42,783 nucleotides of DNA from an uncultured Candidatus Saccharibacteria bacterium (GTDB lineage: Bacteria > Patescibacteriota > Minisyncoccia > Phycocordibacterales > UBA5272), in contig CAYYCT010000002.1 in the NCBI GenBank assembly GCA_964470485.1, forward strand, positions 1 through 42,783, given 5' to 3'. The notes beneath the pieces are model-generated. The model had not been told where the DNA came from and did no database searches. It worked only from the letters and a program-made list of their open reading frames with translations. Numbering within the stretch: position 1 is the first letter of the stretch; the number at the start of each line of letters is the position of its first letter. The position numbers were made by a program, and so were the translations under genes. Shown here piece by piece: positions 1 through 9,124 of the stretch.

Positions 1-72
1 TTTCAAAAGTAAGGTTAATAAAAAGTTTTCTTTTTTAATGATTTTTTATTAACTTATTTTACGGTCTTTTAT

Positions 73-1230
73 ATGGGGATACAATCTTTTAAAAATAAAA
101 ATGAAGTAGAAAAAGGGGAAATATCAAAAGGAAGACTTCTTGTTCTTGGTGTATTTTTGGGGACTATCCCATTTTTTGGATATCATACGTATTCAAAAAA
201 CAATCCTGATAATCGAATCTATGTTGCAAACGCAACAACAACACAGCAAGAAATTGCTAGTACTACATCAATGCAAATCCAAGTCCAGGTACTTGACAAA
301 GATCTCTATAATAAAAAAATGCTTGAACTTGCAAATTACCCGGCGCCAAAAGTTGCAAGTAGTACAGGGACATCCACCCCAGTTGTGCGGCAAATAAGTA
401 CAAGTACTCGTTTGTGGCCTGCCAAAGCCCCATATCCAAATGCCGGCGCCATCCTTCCTTTTAACCGTATCGTTGCCTATTATGGGAATTTTTATTCAAG
501 ACAAATGGGGGCTCTTGGTGAGTACGATCCACCTGTAATGCTTGCTAAATTACAAGAAGAGGTAAAAAAATGGGAAGTAGTTGATCCAAATACTCCGGTA
601 GTTCCTGCAATACATTACATTGCCTCAGTTGCTCAAGCTTCACCAGGTAAAGATGGCATGTATCGTTTTCGTATGCCTGATGAGCATATACAAAAAGCAA
701 GAACGCTTGCCAAGGAAGTTAATGGTATTGTTTTTCTAGACCTTCAAATAGGTCATAGTAGCGTTGTAAGTGAAGTGAATGCCATAAAAGAATATCTTAA
801 ACATCCTGAAGTTCATCTTGGTCTTGACCCTGAATTTGCAATGAGAGAAGGGAAGAAGCCAGGTGTTTATATTGGGGTAATGGATGCAAGTGAAATCAAC
901 CAAGCAATTGAAATTCTTTCGAGTATTGTTCGAGAGAACAGTCTCCCACCAAAGATTCTTATTGTTCACAGATTTACCGAGAAGATGGTTACTAACGCAA
1001 CAACCATTAGACCGACACCAGAAGTCCAAGTGGTAATGAATATGGATGGATGGGGGCAGCCAAGTTTAAAACTGGGGACCCACAAGGCTGTGATAGTTCC
1101 AGAGCCAGTACAATTTACTGGGTTTAAACTTTTTTATAAAAATGATCTCCGTGCTCCTAGTACAAGACTTCTAACCCCAAAAGAATTGTTGGAACTTTCT
1201 CCTCGCCCAAGCTATATTCAGTATCAATAA
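73..1230 (+). CDS. hypothetical membrane-anchored or secreted protein
   Basis: 385-aa ORF starting at ATG 73. It has an N-terminal hydrophobic helix (LLVLGVFLGTIPFFGY), a Thr/Ser-rich linker and then a globular part. I recognise no diagnostic motif. Confidence 0.6.
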   Translation: MGIQSFKNKNEVEKGEISKGRLLVLGVFLGTIPFFGYHTYSKNNPDNRIYVANATTTQQEIASTTSMQIQVQVLDKDLYNKKMLELANYPAPKVASSTGTSTPVVRQISTSTRLWPAKAPYPNAGAILPFNRIVAYYGNFYSRQMGALGEYDPPVMLAKLQEEVKKWEVVDPNTPVVPAIHYIASVAQASPGKDGMYRFRMPDEHIQKARTLAKEVNGIVFLDLQIGHSSVVSEVNAIKEYLKHPEVHLGLDPEFAMREGKKPGVYIGVMDASEINQAIEILSSIVRENSLPPKILIVHRFTEKMVTNATTIRPTPEVQVVMNMDGWGQPSLKLGTHKAVIVPEPVQFTGFKLFYKNDLRAPSTRLLTPKELLELSPRPSYIQYQ

Positions 1231-1258
1231 TAGGTAAGTGACAGTTTCTTGAAGACTG

Positions 1259-1738
1259 TTATTTAAAATATGTAATGTGCTTGAATATTTTGATAACAAA
1301 AAAAGTTGTGGATATGCCAACCAACCCTCCAGCGATAATATCAATTGGGTAATGAGCACCAAGATATAGCCTTGAATAACTTACGAGTACATACCAAGCA
1401 AATGCAGAAAGGTAAAGAAAGTACCTAGTATGTTTATCGTGAATATAGCGATGAGTGTAATAGATTCCAAGACTCATAACAACAGCCGCCATAGTTGCAT
1501 GCCCAGAAGGGAAACGATAACCATCCTCAAGAACAAGCATGTGCTCTGGTCGAGGAACTTTTAGAACTAGTTTAAGTGTATAAGTAATAAACATGGCCAT
1601 GGCGCCAGAAAAAAGAATGATAAAGAAATCCCTGGGGTCTTTTTTTTCATAAAGAAAAAAAGCAAGCATTAGTAGTATTGTAAGCATTATTCCCGTATCG
1701 GCGACATGAGATATGAAGATTTGAAAAGCGAGGATCAT
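1259..1738 (-). CDS. PAP2-family (acid or undecaprenyl-diphosphate) phosphatase, integral membrane
   Basis: All three PAP2 motifs are present: KVPRPE, PSGH and SRLYLGAHYPIDII. There are several TM helices, and the ATG at 1738 is verified on the minus strand. Confidence 0.85.
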   Translation of the reverse strand: MILAFQIFISHVADTGIMLTILLMLAFFLYEKKDPRDFFIILFSGAMAMFITYTLKLVLKVPRPEHMLVLEDGYRFPSGHATMAAVVMSLGIYYTHRYIHDKHTRYFLYLSAFAWYVLVSYSRLYLGAHYPIDIIAGGLVGISTTFFVIKIFKHITYFK

Positions 1739-1899
1739 TGTAATTTTACTAGTATATAGTAAGTTTCTTATATTTTCCTAATACACCGTAAAAAATTTTT
1801 TGAAATAAAGATGCCAGTCACTTTGTATTAATATAGTAATACCACTTTAGTGATACTTATTTTAAAGGCAAACTACACAATACGTTAAAAAACTTAGCA

Positions 1900-3747
1900 A
1901 TGGTATACTTAATGAAGCTTTTAAACAAAATATTGTTTATACAATCTATGAAAAAAAATCTGAATATCTTTATAAAATGGATATACCATAAAGTTCTTAA
2001 TCATAAAATTATTACGGGCATCTTGATTATTGGTATAGTTTCTTTTTCATATTATTATTTTTTTAAACGCACATCGACATTAGTAACCTATCAATATGCA
2101 ACAGTTAAAAGAGGGACTATTTCTTCTGTTGTTTCTGCAACAGGGCAGGTTACTCCAGATAGCCAGGTTGATCTCAAACCAAAGGTAAATGCTAATGTTA
2201 CAGCAGTATATGTAAAGGCGGGAGACCGGGTGAAGACTGGTCAGGTACTTTTCCGACTTGATGCAACAGATGCTTATAAGCAGGTTCGCGACGCTAAGAC
2301 GTCACTTGCCTCAGCTGAAATTGCCCTCAAAAAACTCAAGAATCCAACATCAGCCGAGCTAATGTCGGCTAATGATTTGATTAAGCAGGAAGAGGAGGAA
2401 AAATCTACAAATGATCAAAAAGTGCAAATTGCACGGAACACATTACTAAACACTAGTCTTCAGGCTATTCCAGATGTATCGTTTACCACAGAAACTGCCC
2501 CGACATTATCGGGAAATTATCTAAAGGGGGATGAAGGGCAAATTAAGATAGTTGTATATCAAGGTGGCCCTACAGGGTATAGTTTTTCTGCAACAGGATT
2601 GGTAACTTCTTCTGGTCAGGTTAATACGAGTGTTGCTCAACCAATCGGTGATTCTGGGCTTTATATAAAATGGGAAGAAGGAGATCCAAAAACAAATTGG
2701 ATTATTAATATTCCAAACAAACAATCAAGTAGCTATCTTTCTAATTACAATGCTTTGCAAAACGCAATAACCAATAGAGATATAGCTAATGCCGCTTCCG
2801 ATAGAACTATAGCTTCTCTTAAACAAAAGCTGGCAGATCTTACGCCAGGAGATGATAATTTAGATGTGCAAAGTTCTATGATTCAAGTAGAGCAACGAAA
2901 GAATGCACTTCTTGATGCTCAGCAAGGATTATCTAACTATACAATTACAGCTCCCTTCGATGGAGTTATGGCAAGTGTCTCGGGAGCAATTGGAGTATCG
3001 GCGGTAGTTGCATCATCTAATAGCAGTACAGCCCTTGGTACAATTGTTACAGATAAAAAGATGGCACAAGTTACATTAAACGAAGCCGATGTTGTAAAGG
3101 TAAGATTAAACCAGAAAGCAAATGTAACATTCGATGCGATCGAGGGTCTTTCTGTTGAAGGGACTGTCGTTGAGATCAATACACTTGGTTCGGTGACCTC
3201 AGGTGTTGTTACGTATAAAGTAAAGGTTGCATTTAATGCAGATGACTCCAGAATACTTCCAAACATGAGTGCTGTGGTTGATATTTTAACAGACAGTAAG
3301 GATAATATTCTCTATGTACCATCTCAGGCAGTAAAACATGATACTAGTGGCTACTATGTTGAGGAGGATACTTCAGAGGAGGGTAATCTTGGTGCTTCCT
3401 CAACACGAAGATGGGAAAATGCTTCGTCCACATTTAATGATCAGTTTGCATCAGGGACAGCTTCATCAACGCGCACGAGGGCGGGGGCACAAATAAGAAC
3501 AACAACCGCAAGTACTCCTGGGGGGACACTTAGGCGTATACCTGTAATAATTGGAATACAAAGTGATACACAGACGGAGATAGTAAGTGGTCTTAGAGAA
3601 GGAGAAAGGGTTATAACCAAGAAAATAACAACAACAGGAAAAGCTTCAACTGCAGCGCCATCAATTACCTCACTCTTTAGGCCTCAAGGGGCAGGACAAT
3701 CAAGGGGGGGTACTACGAGTCCTGGTGTGGTCCCACGTAATCAATAG
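1900..3747 (+). CDS. HlyD/MacA-like periplasmic adaptor (membrane fusion protein) of an ABC efflux system
   Basis: The protein has an N-terminal TM helix, a barrel-sandwich/coiled-coil region (VKAGDRVKTGQVLFRLD ... ITAPFDGVM) and low-complexity inserts near the C-terminus. It sits immediately upstream of the ABC ATPase and FtsX permease. The start is ambiguous (ATG at 1900, 1912 or 1948). Confidence 0.8.
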   Translation: MVYLMKLLNKILFIQSMKKNLNIFIKWIYHKVLNHKIITGILIIGIVSFSYYYFFKRTSTLVTYQYATVKRGTISSVVSATGQVTPDSQVDLKPKVNANVTAVYVKAGDRVKTGQVLFRLDATDAYKQVRDAKTSLASAEIALKKLKNPTSAELMSANDLIKQEEEEKSTNDQKVQIARNTLLNTSLQAIPDVSFTTETAPTLSGNYLKGDEGQIKIVVYQGGPTGYSFSATGLVTSSGQVNTSVAQPIGDSGLYIKWEEGDPKTNWIINIPNKQSSSYLSNYNALQNAITNRDIANAASDRTIASLKQKLADLTPGDDNLDVQSSMIQVEQRKNALLDAQQGLSNYTITAPFDGVMASVSGAIGVSAVVASSNSSTALGTIVTDKKMAQVTLNEADVVKVRLNQKANVTFDAIEGLSVEGTVVEINTLGSVTSGVVTYKVKVAFNADDSRILPNMSAVVDILTDSKDNILYVPSQAVKHDTSGYYVEEDTSEEGNLGASSTRRWENASSTFNDQFASGTASSTRTRAGAQIRTTTASTPGGTLRRIPVIIGIQSDTQTEIVSGLREGERVITKKITTTGKASTAAPSITSLFRPQGAGQSRGGTTSPGVVPRNQ

Positions 3748-3751
3748 CTCT

Positions 3752-4438
3752 ATGATTGACTGTAAAAATATTACGAAAGATTATAGTACTGGTGGAAATA
3801 GTACACATGTTTTGAAAGGAGTTACATTTAAGATAAAAAAAGGAGAGTTTGTGGCGATTATGGGGCCATCAGGATCCGGAAAATCAACCATGATGAATAT
3901 CGTTGGTCTTCTCGATACCCCCACCAAAGGAACATATATTCTTGATGGCGAAGATGTTTCTAAATTAACCGATGATCAACAAGCTGAGATTCGTGCTAAG
4001 AAGATTGGTTTTGTTTTTCAATCATTTAACCTTCTTCCTCGTGCGTCAGTACTTAGAAATGTAATGTTGCCACTACTCTATTCTGATCTACCAGTAAGCG
4101 AGAGAGATGCGCGTTCAAAGCGTGCTCTTATTTCTGCAGGCTTCCCAGAAGAGCGTTGGCATAATCTCTCCAATCAACTCTCTGGAGGGCAAATACAACG
4201 TGTAGCCATTGCTCGGGCATTGGTTAATGATCCAAGTATTATTCTTGCTGACGAACCAACAGGAAATCTTGATACCAAGACAGGGGAAATAGTACTCGCA
4301 ACCTTTAAAAAGTTAAACCAAGATGAAGGGAGAACTATTATACTTATCACTCACGAACCAGATGTTGCAGCACACGCTGACAGAATCATTCATGTTCGTG
4401 ATGGAGATATTGTTGAGAGTCATCACACAAAAAAATAG
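3752..4438 (+). CDS. ABC transporter ATP-binding protein (MacB/LolD-type)
   Basis: Walker [10 protein letters not shown], signature LSGGQIQR and Walker B ILADEPT are present. ATG 3752 lies 5 nt after the adaptor stop; the longer track ORF from 3725 overlaps the upstream gene. Confidence 0.9.
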   Translation: MIDCKNITKDYSTGGNSTHVLKGVTFKIKKGEFVAIMGPSGSGKSTMMNIVGLLDTPTKGTYILDGEDVSKLTDDQQAEIRAKKIGFVFQSFNLLPRASVLRNVMLPLLYSDLPVSERDARSKRALISAGFPEERWHNLSNQLSGGQIQRVAIARALVNDPSIILADEPTGNLDTKTGEIVLATFKKLNQDEGRTIILITHEPDVAAHADRIIHVRDGDIVESHHTKK

Positions 4439-4448
4439 TACATCATTT

Positions 4449-5669
4449 ATGATAATCAAAGATCTCTTCGAAGAAACGTTTATATCCATCAAGTCTAACC
4501 AAGTACGTACTGGTCTTACTGTGCTTGGTATTGTTATTGGTATTGCATCCGTGATTGTCATGCTTGCTATTGGTAATGGTGCACAAAGTTCTATTTCGTC
4601 CAGTATCAGCTCACTCGGTTCAAATATTTTAACAATAAGTGGTGGAGGGGGGAACAGAACAGGAGGAATTAGTGCTGGGAGGTCTAATCAACAGACACTT
4701 ACCTATGATGATGTAAAAGCAATTCAGGAAAAAGTATCTCTCGCAAAAGAAGTTTCTCCGGAGCTTAATTCGCGCTCACAGATAATAGCTGGATCGAACA
4801 ACACCAACACTTCAATTGTCGGTACGGTTCCTGAGTATGAGGCAGCCCACTCAATCATTGTGGAGGACGGTATTTTTTTTACCGATGCACACTACAGAAG
4901 TGCGGCCAGAGTTGCTGTCCTTGGCCCAACAACGCGAGATGATTTATTCGGAGTAGGATCTGATCCTCTTGGGCAAGAGATACGTATTGGTGGTGCGCGC
5001 TTTACAGTTATTGGAGTCACGAAATCAAAAGGAGGAAGTGGTTTTGGTAATCAAGATGATAGAATTTTTATTCCTATTACCACTGCGCAGCGATATATTT
5101 CTGGTGGAGATTATGTGAGCAGTATTGCTGTGACAACCGAAAATCAAGTCGACCTTGCTGAGCTACAGACACAAATAACCGACCTGCTACTTGATCGACA
5201 TCATAAGGCATCACTTGCCGAGGCTGACTTTAGTATTTTTAATCAAGCAGATCTTGCAAATACCGCACAATCTGTTACCCAGATTTTTACTATTTTGCTT
5301 TCATCGGTTGCTTCTATTTCTCTTCTAGTTGGCGGAATTGGTATTATGAATATGATGCTTACTAATGTACGAGAAAGAACCCGTGAGATTGGTCTTCGTA
5401 AAGCAATCGGCGCAAAGAAACGTGATATAAGTAATCAGTTTCTTATAGAATCTATTGTTATAACAATCCTCGGAGGTATCATTGGTGTAATACTTGGATT
5501 TGTTGTGGCATACGGCATTTCTTTACTTGGCATCCTTCAGGCGCAAGTAACACTTAATCCAGTCGTACTAGCGTTTAGTGTTTCTGCTTTCATTGGTATT
5601 ATCTTCGGATATTATCCTGCAAAAAAAGCTTCAGAATTAAATCCAATAGAAGCACTTAGGTATGAGTAA
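4449..5669 (+). CDS. ABC transporter permease, MacB/FtsX family
   Basis: Topology is an N-terminal TM helix, a large periplasmic MacB_PCD-like domain and a C-terminal FtsX 3-TM bundle (RTREIGLRKAIGAKKRDI). ATG 4449 follows the ATPase stop; the track ORF start at 4323 lies inside the ATPase gene. Confidence 0.9.
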   Translation: MIIKDLFEETFISIKSNQVRTGLTVLGIVIGIASVIVMLAIGNGAQSSISSSISSLGSNILTISGGGGNRTGGISAGRSNQQTLTYDDVKAIQEKVSLAKEVSPELNSRSQIIAGSNNTNTSIVGTVPEYEAAHSIIVEDGIFFTDAHYRSAARVAVLGPTTRDDLFGVGSDPLGQEIRIGGARFTVIGVTKSKGGSGFGNQDDRIFIPITTAQRYISGGDYVSSIAVTTENQVDLAELQTQITDLLLDRHHKASLAEADFSIFNQADLANTAQSVTQIFTILLSSVASISLLVGGIGIMNMMLTNVRERTREIGLRKAIGAKKRDISNQFLIESIVITILGGIIGVILGFVVAYGISLLGILQAQVTLNPVVLAFSVSAFIGIIFGYYPAKKASELNPIEALRYE

Positions 5670-5762
5670 AATTTACACTTTATTTTTATAAAAGAGAGGT
5701 ATACTATAATAGGTAGGTTTTGATAAATGTTTGTTCACCACAAGTACCAGGAGGTAACAGTC

Positions 5763-5921
5763 ATGTTCTTTCTTTTTGATCCAAAGGTGATGGCAGGAGA
5801 GCGTGACCCTGCTGTCTACAGCGTTCTCTTCATCATGCCAATGGCATTGTTTGGAGCATTTCTCGCGCCACTCTTTTTCATACCAGAATTTCCTCCAGTA
5901 ACCAAAACGGATAAGAAATGA
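5763..5921 (+). CDS. small (52 aa) predicted single-pass membrane protein
   Basis: A perfect AGGAGG (5749-5754) sits 8 nt upstream of ATG 5763. There is a hydrophobic core (VYSVLFIMPMALFGAFLAPLFFI), and a strong hairpin terminator follows. Confidence 0.5.
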   Translation: MFFLFDPKVMAGERDPAVYSVLFIMPMALFGAFLAPLFFIPEFPPVTKTDKK

Positions 5922-5946
5922 TGGTGATTTATAGTAGAAAAGAGAT

Positions 5947-5987
5947 ACCGGCACATTCGTTAGAATAACGACGTGCCGGTTTCTTGT
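5947..5987 (+). terminator. intrinsic terminator hairpin
   Basis: ACCGGCAC ... GUGCCGGU with an inner CGUUA/UAACG stem, followed by UUUCUUGU. Confidence 0.6.
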
Positions 5988-6024
5988 CCAAAAATTCTTT
6001 TGAAGTGTGGTAATCTAGAATGAT

Positions 6025-6564
6025 ATGATGAAAAAAATACTTCTTGCAGGCGGATGTTTTTGGTGTGTTGAACATGATGTACGTAAGGCTCGCGGAGTAC
6101 TTTCGGTTACTTCTGGTTATAGTGGAGGAGATAGCACAAATCCAACATACGAGCAGCATTCTGGACATAGAGAAGTTGTTGAGGTCTTATATGATGATAC
6201 AAAAACATCATATAAGAAACTTTTACAATTTTTTATCGATCATATTGATCCAACTGACAATGGTGGGCAATTTGGTGATAGAGGAGAAAGTTACAAGACA
6301 GCCATTTTTTATGAAAATGATGTAGAAAAAGAAATTGCCAAACAAGTCCTAGAAGAACTTAATGAAAGTCATATCTATTCTGTGCCAGCACAAGTAGAGA
6401 TGCTTCCGCAAAAACCTTTTTATAAAGCAGAAGAGTATCATCAGGCATATTCTGAGAAGAACCCAACACACTACAATCTTTATCGTGTAGGTTCTGGTCG
6501 AGAGGGATTTGTAAACAGGACATGTCAGATACGAGAAGAAAAGAAGATTGAGTGGAAGGAATGA
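6025..6564 (+). CDS. msrA: peptide-methionine (S)-S-oxide reductase
   Basis: Contains the GGCFWCVE active-site motif and has typical MsrA length and sequence. Confidence 0.9.
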   Translation: MMKKILLAGGCFWCVEHDVRKARGVLSVTSGYSGGDSTNPTYEQHSGHREVVEVLYDDTKTSYKKLLQFFIDHIDPTDNGGQFGDRGESYKTAIFYENDVEKEIAKQVLEELNESHIYSVPAQVEMLPQKPFYKAEEYHQAYSEKNPTHYNLYRVGSGREGFVNRTCQIREEKKIEWKE

Positions 6565-6598
6565 GGAGATTTTATACTTTGTACTAGGGCATGTTCAT

Positions 6599-6621
6599 GC
6601 GCGACGCCGTAGGCGTCGCGC
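6599..6621. terminator. GC-rich perfect hairpin downstream of msrA
   Basis: GCGCGACGCC-GUA-GGCGUCGCGC forms a stem of about 10 bp. No clear U-tract follows, so its function as a terminator is uncertain. Confidence 0.4.
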
Positions 6622-6664
6622 AATGCTATACTAGTGGAAATATATTAATCACAAAGAAGATTTT

Positions 6665-7210
6665 ATGCGTATTGCTGTTATTGGCCCACAAAACACTGGG
6701 AAATCTACCTTCATTCAAGATTTTCTTCAAGAATTTCCCCATTATAAAACTCCAGTAGAAACATATCGAGATATTATAGAAACGAAAGGTCTTGTCGTTA
6801 ATCAGAAAACATCACTTGAAAGTCAAAAAGAAATACGTGATTTTATGTTTGGGCAGATGCGACACAATAAGGAGTATAATATTATTTTTGATCGCTCTAT
6901 GATCGATAACTATGTGTATACATATGCACAATATGAGAAAGGAGATATTCCAAAATGGTTTGTTGATGAGACCGAAGCAATGATGAGAGACACGCTTTCA
7001 GCGGTAGATATGTATTTTTTTATTCCAACGGCAGTTTCAGTACCGCTTGTTGATGATAAGACTCGGGATATTACAGCCCCATATATTGATACAATTAACC
7101 ATATTTTTTTAAGAACGCTTTTTGATCTTTCTCGAACATTTCATTGTACTGTTAAAATAATATCAGGTTCACGGAGTGAAAGAATTAATCAAGTAAAAAA
7201 ATTACTATAA
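6665..7210 (+). CDS. P-loop NTPase (AAA_28/NadR-kinase-like)
   Basis: Walker A GPQNTGKST is at the N-terminus; the protein is 181 aa. Substrate is unknown. Confidence 0.65.
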   Translation: MRIAVIGPQNTGKSTFIQDFLQEFPHYKTPVETYRDIIETKGLVVNQKTSLESQKEIRDFMFGQMRHNKEYNIIFDRSMIDNYVYTYAQYEKGDIPKWFVDETEAMMRDTLSAVDMYFFIPTAVSVPLVDDKTRDITAPYIDTINHIFLRTLFDLSRTFHCTVKIISGSRSERINQVKKLL

Positions 7211-7222
7211 AATAATTTAGGT

Positions 7223-7825
7223 ATGAAGTACGTTATTGGTATTGACGAAGTTGGTCGCGGTCCAATAGCTGGGCCTCTTGTTGTGTGCGCTTGTGCAGTA
7301 CAGGCTGGGGTTGATATCATAGCTTTTTTCCCAAAAAGGGAACTGAAAGACAGTAAAAAATTATCTGAAAAAGCAAGAATAACCATGGTCGAGAAGCTTC
7401 TTCCATTCGTCGAGAATTCTCAAATTTTTTTTGGTATAGGTGAAGTTCCTGCCGAGAAAATAGATACAATTGGATTAGTATCTTCAATTAAAGAAGCTAC
7501 ACAACAAGCCCTCAAGAAAGTCCACGAGCAAGGAGTAGAAAAGGAGAGTTTTATTTTTCTCGATGGGGCACTTAGGGTCGATGAACTATATAATCAAGAA
7601 ACAATTATCAAGGGAGATGAAACAGTTCCTGAAATTGCGCTTGCCTCTATACTTGCTAAAACCCACCGTGATACTTTTATGAAAAAGATCGCGGGGGCAT
7701 ATCCAGGCTATGGTTTTGAAAATCATGTTGGGTATGGAACAAAGGCTCACTATGAGGCAATTAAGCAACGCGGACTTACACCACTTCACCGTAGATCCTT
7801 TCTCAAGGGATTGGGCATACAGTAG
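7223..7825 (+). CDS. rnhB: ribonuclease HII
   Basis: The GIDEVGRGPIAGPLVV catalytic motif is present and the length (200 aa) is typical. Confidence 0.9.
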   Translation: MKYVIGIDEVGRGPIAGPLVVCACAVQAGVDIIAFFPKRELKDSKKLSEKARITMVEKLLPFVENSQIFFGIGEVPAEKIDTIGLVSSIKEATQQALKKVHEQGVEKESFIFLDGALRVDELYNQETIIKGDETVPEIALASILAKTHRDTFMKKIAGAYPGYGFENHVGYGTKAHYEAIKQRGLTPLHRRSFLKGLGIQ

Positions 7826-7861
7826 ATAGCTCTTTTTTACAGACGGAGTATACTTACCTAT

Positions 7862-8245
7862 ATGTCTAGTATTTTTTCAAAAATTATTACAGGGGAGGTT
7901 CCTGGATATAAAATTTATGAAGATGATTGCGTCTGTGCAATTCTTGATATTCATCCAATGCAAAAAGGGCATGTCCTCGTTATTCCCAAACAAGAAGTTG
8001 ACCAACTGTTTGATCTTGATGAAAAGACATATGATCGCGTTATGCACCGGGTACGCTATCTTGCGCAGGTGATGAAAGCAAAACTTAATTGTAAGCGAGT
8101 TTGTGTTTTGGTCGAAGGGTATATTGTACCTCATGCACATGTACATCTTATTCCAACTAATACAATAGAGGATTTTAATCAAAAGCATGTGTACGACGCT
8201 TCTAAGGAAGAATTAGAAGAAATGCAAAAACTTCTTCAGTCGTAA
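7862..8245 (+). CDS. HIT-family nucleotide hydrolase/transferase
   Basis: Contains the histidine triad HAHVHLIP and the conserved N-terminal segment FSKIITGEVP. Confidence 0.9.
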   Translation: MSSIFSKIITGEVPGYKIYEDDCVCAILDIHPMQKGHVLVIPKQEVDQLFDLDEKTYDRVMHRVRYLAQVMKAKLNCKRVCVLVEGYIVPHAHVHLIPTNTIEDFNQKHVYDASKEELEEMQKLLQS

Positions 8246-8251
8246 CTATAC

Positions 8252-8605
8252 ATGAAATATCTTTTAATTCGTACGATAGCTGTTCTTGTTGCAAGTTATA
8301 TTACTAGAGTGGGGGTCCCTCTTCTTTTTAGTACGTTCCCTTATATTGTAAATACTACCTGGACAGCATTTCTTGTTGCCATTGTGCTTGCCATAATTAA
8401 TCACACCATTAAGCCAGTTTTCGTTCTTGTGTCTATTCCCATTAATTTACTAACACTTGGATTATTTTCATTTGTTATTAATGGGCTAATGATAATCTTA
8501 GCAGATACACTAGTTCCTGGGTTTAGTATTCCATCACTTCTTATGGCAATTTATTTTGCCCTTGTTTTGTCTATCGTAAACTGGGTACTCCATAAATTTG
8601 AGTAA
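8252..8605 (+). CDS. small 4-TM membrane protein (phage holin family IV-like, PF04020-type)
   Basis: 117 aa with four hydrophobic helices. The family assignment is from memory of the fold pattern only. Confidence 0.6.
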   Translation: MKYLLIRTIAVLVASYITRVGVPLLFSTFPYIVNTTWTAFLVAIVLAIINHTIKPVFVLVSIPINLLTLGLFSFVINGLMIILADTLVPGFSIPSLLMAIYFALVLSIVNWVLHKFE

Positions 8606-8613
8606 AAGAAAAA

Positions 8614-9087
8614 TTATCCCTGCTCTTTTAAATCCTCATCGGTTTCCCCACTAATTTCTTCAACGTCCTTTTGAATTTCCTCAATATCTTCCTGAATTTC
8701 TTCATGCGCCTCTTGGATGTCTTCCACATCCTCCTGAATTTCATCAACGTCCTTTTGAATTTCCTCAATATCTTCCTGAATTTCTTCATGCGCCTCTTGG
8801 ATGTCTTCCACATCTTCAGCGATTTCATCAATGTCTTTTTCAACACCAGCAATAACTTGCGCCTGGTGATTTACACTCATTTGAATAAAAATTGATAGAT
8901 AAATTGCCTCAAGAGATACAATTGTTGTCAACACCAAAAGGACACGATCAAGATCCTGCCCAAGAAGCACAAGAGCAAAAGCTCCTCCAAAAAGGATGGT
9001 ATGGATAATAACTGACCAAATAGACCCAATTCCTCGAGTTACGTGAAGAGCTATAGATTCCAGGCGATTTATAGGGGAATTACTCAT
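8614..9087 (-). CDS. DUF1003-like 2-TM membrane protein with an acidic repeat tail
   Basis: The N-terminal half has two TM helices. The C-terminal half is a 28-aa E/D/I/Q repeat present twice. Confidence 0.7.
   Translation of the reverse strand: MSNSPINRLESIALHVTRGIGSIWSVIIHTILFGGAFALVLLGQDLDRVLLVLTTIVSLEAIYLSIFIQMSVNHQAQVIAGVEKDIDEIAEDVEDIQEAHEEIQEDIEEIQKDVDEIQEDVEDIQEAHEEIQEDIEEIQKDVEEISGETDEDLKEQG
8653..8820. repeat. in-frame tandem repeat, 2 x 84 bp
   Basis: 8661-8730 is identical to 8745-8814 (70/70 nt by direct comparison). The period of 84 nt equals 28 codons. Confidence 0.9.
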
Positions 9088-9124
9088 ATTTCCACTATAC
9101 CATGAAAATGGTAGAATAGAAGAT

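Noticed and set aside
5673-6168. Minus-strand ORFs 5673-5954 and 5929-6168 in and around the macB-msrA gap.
   Set aside because: They are antisense to the SD-led small ORF, its terminator and the msrA 5' end. They have no ribosome-binding site or recognisable motif.
8628-8895. ORFs 8628-8852 (minus) and 8671-8895 (plus), which encode K/R/M- or L/F/N-rich repeats.
   Set aside because: They are alternative-frame and antisense readings of the 84-bp tandem repeat inside the 8614-9087 gene.
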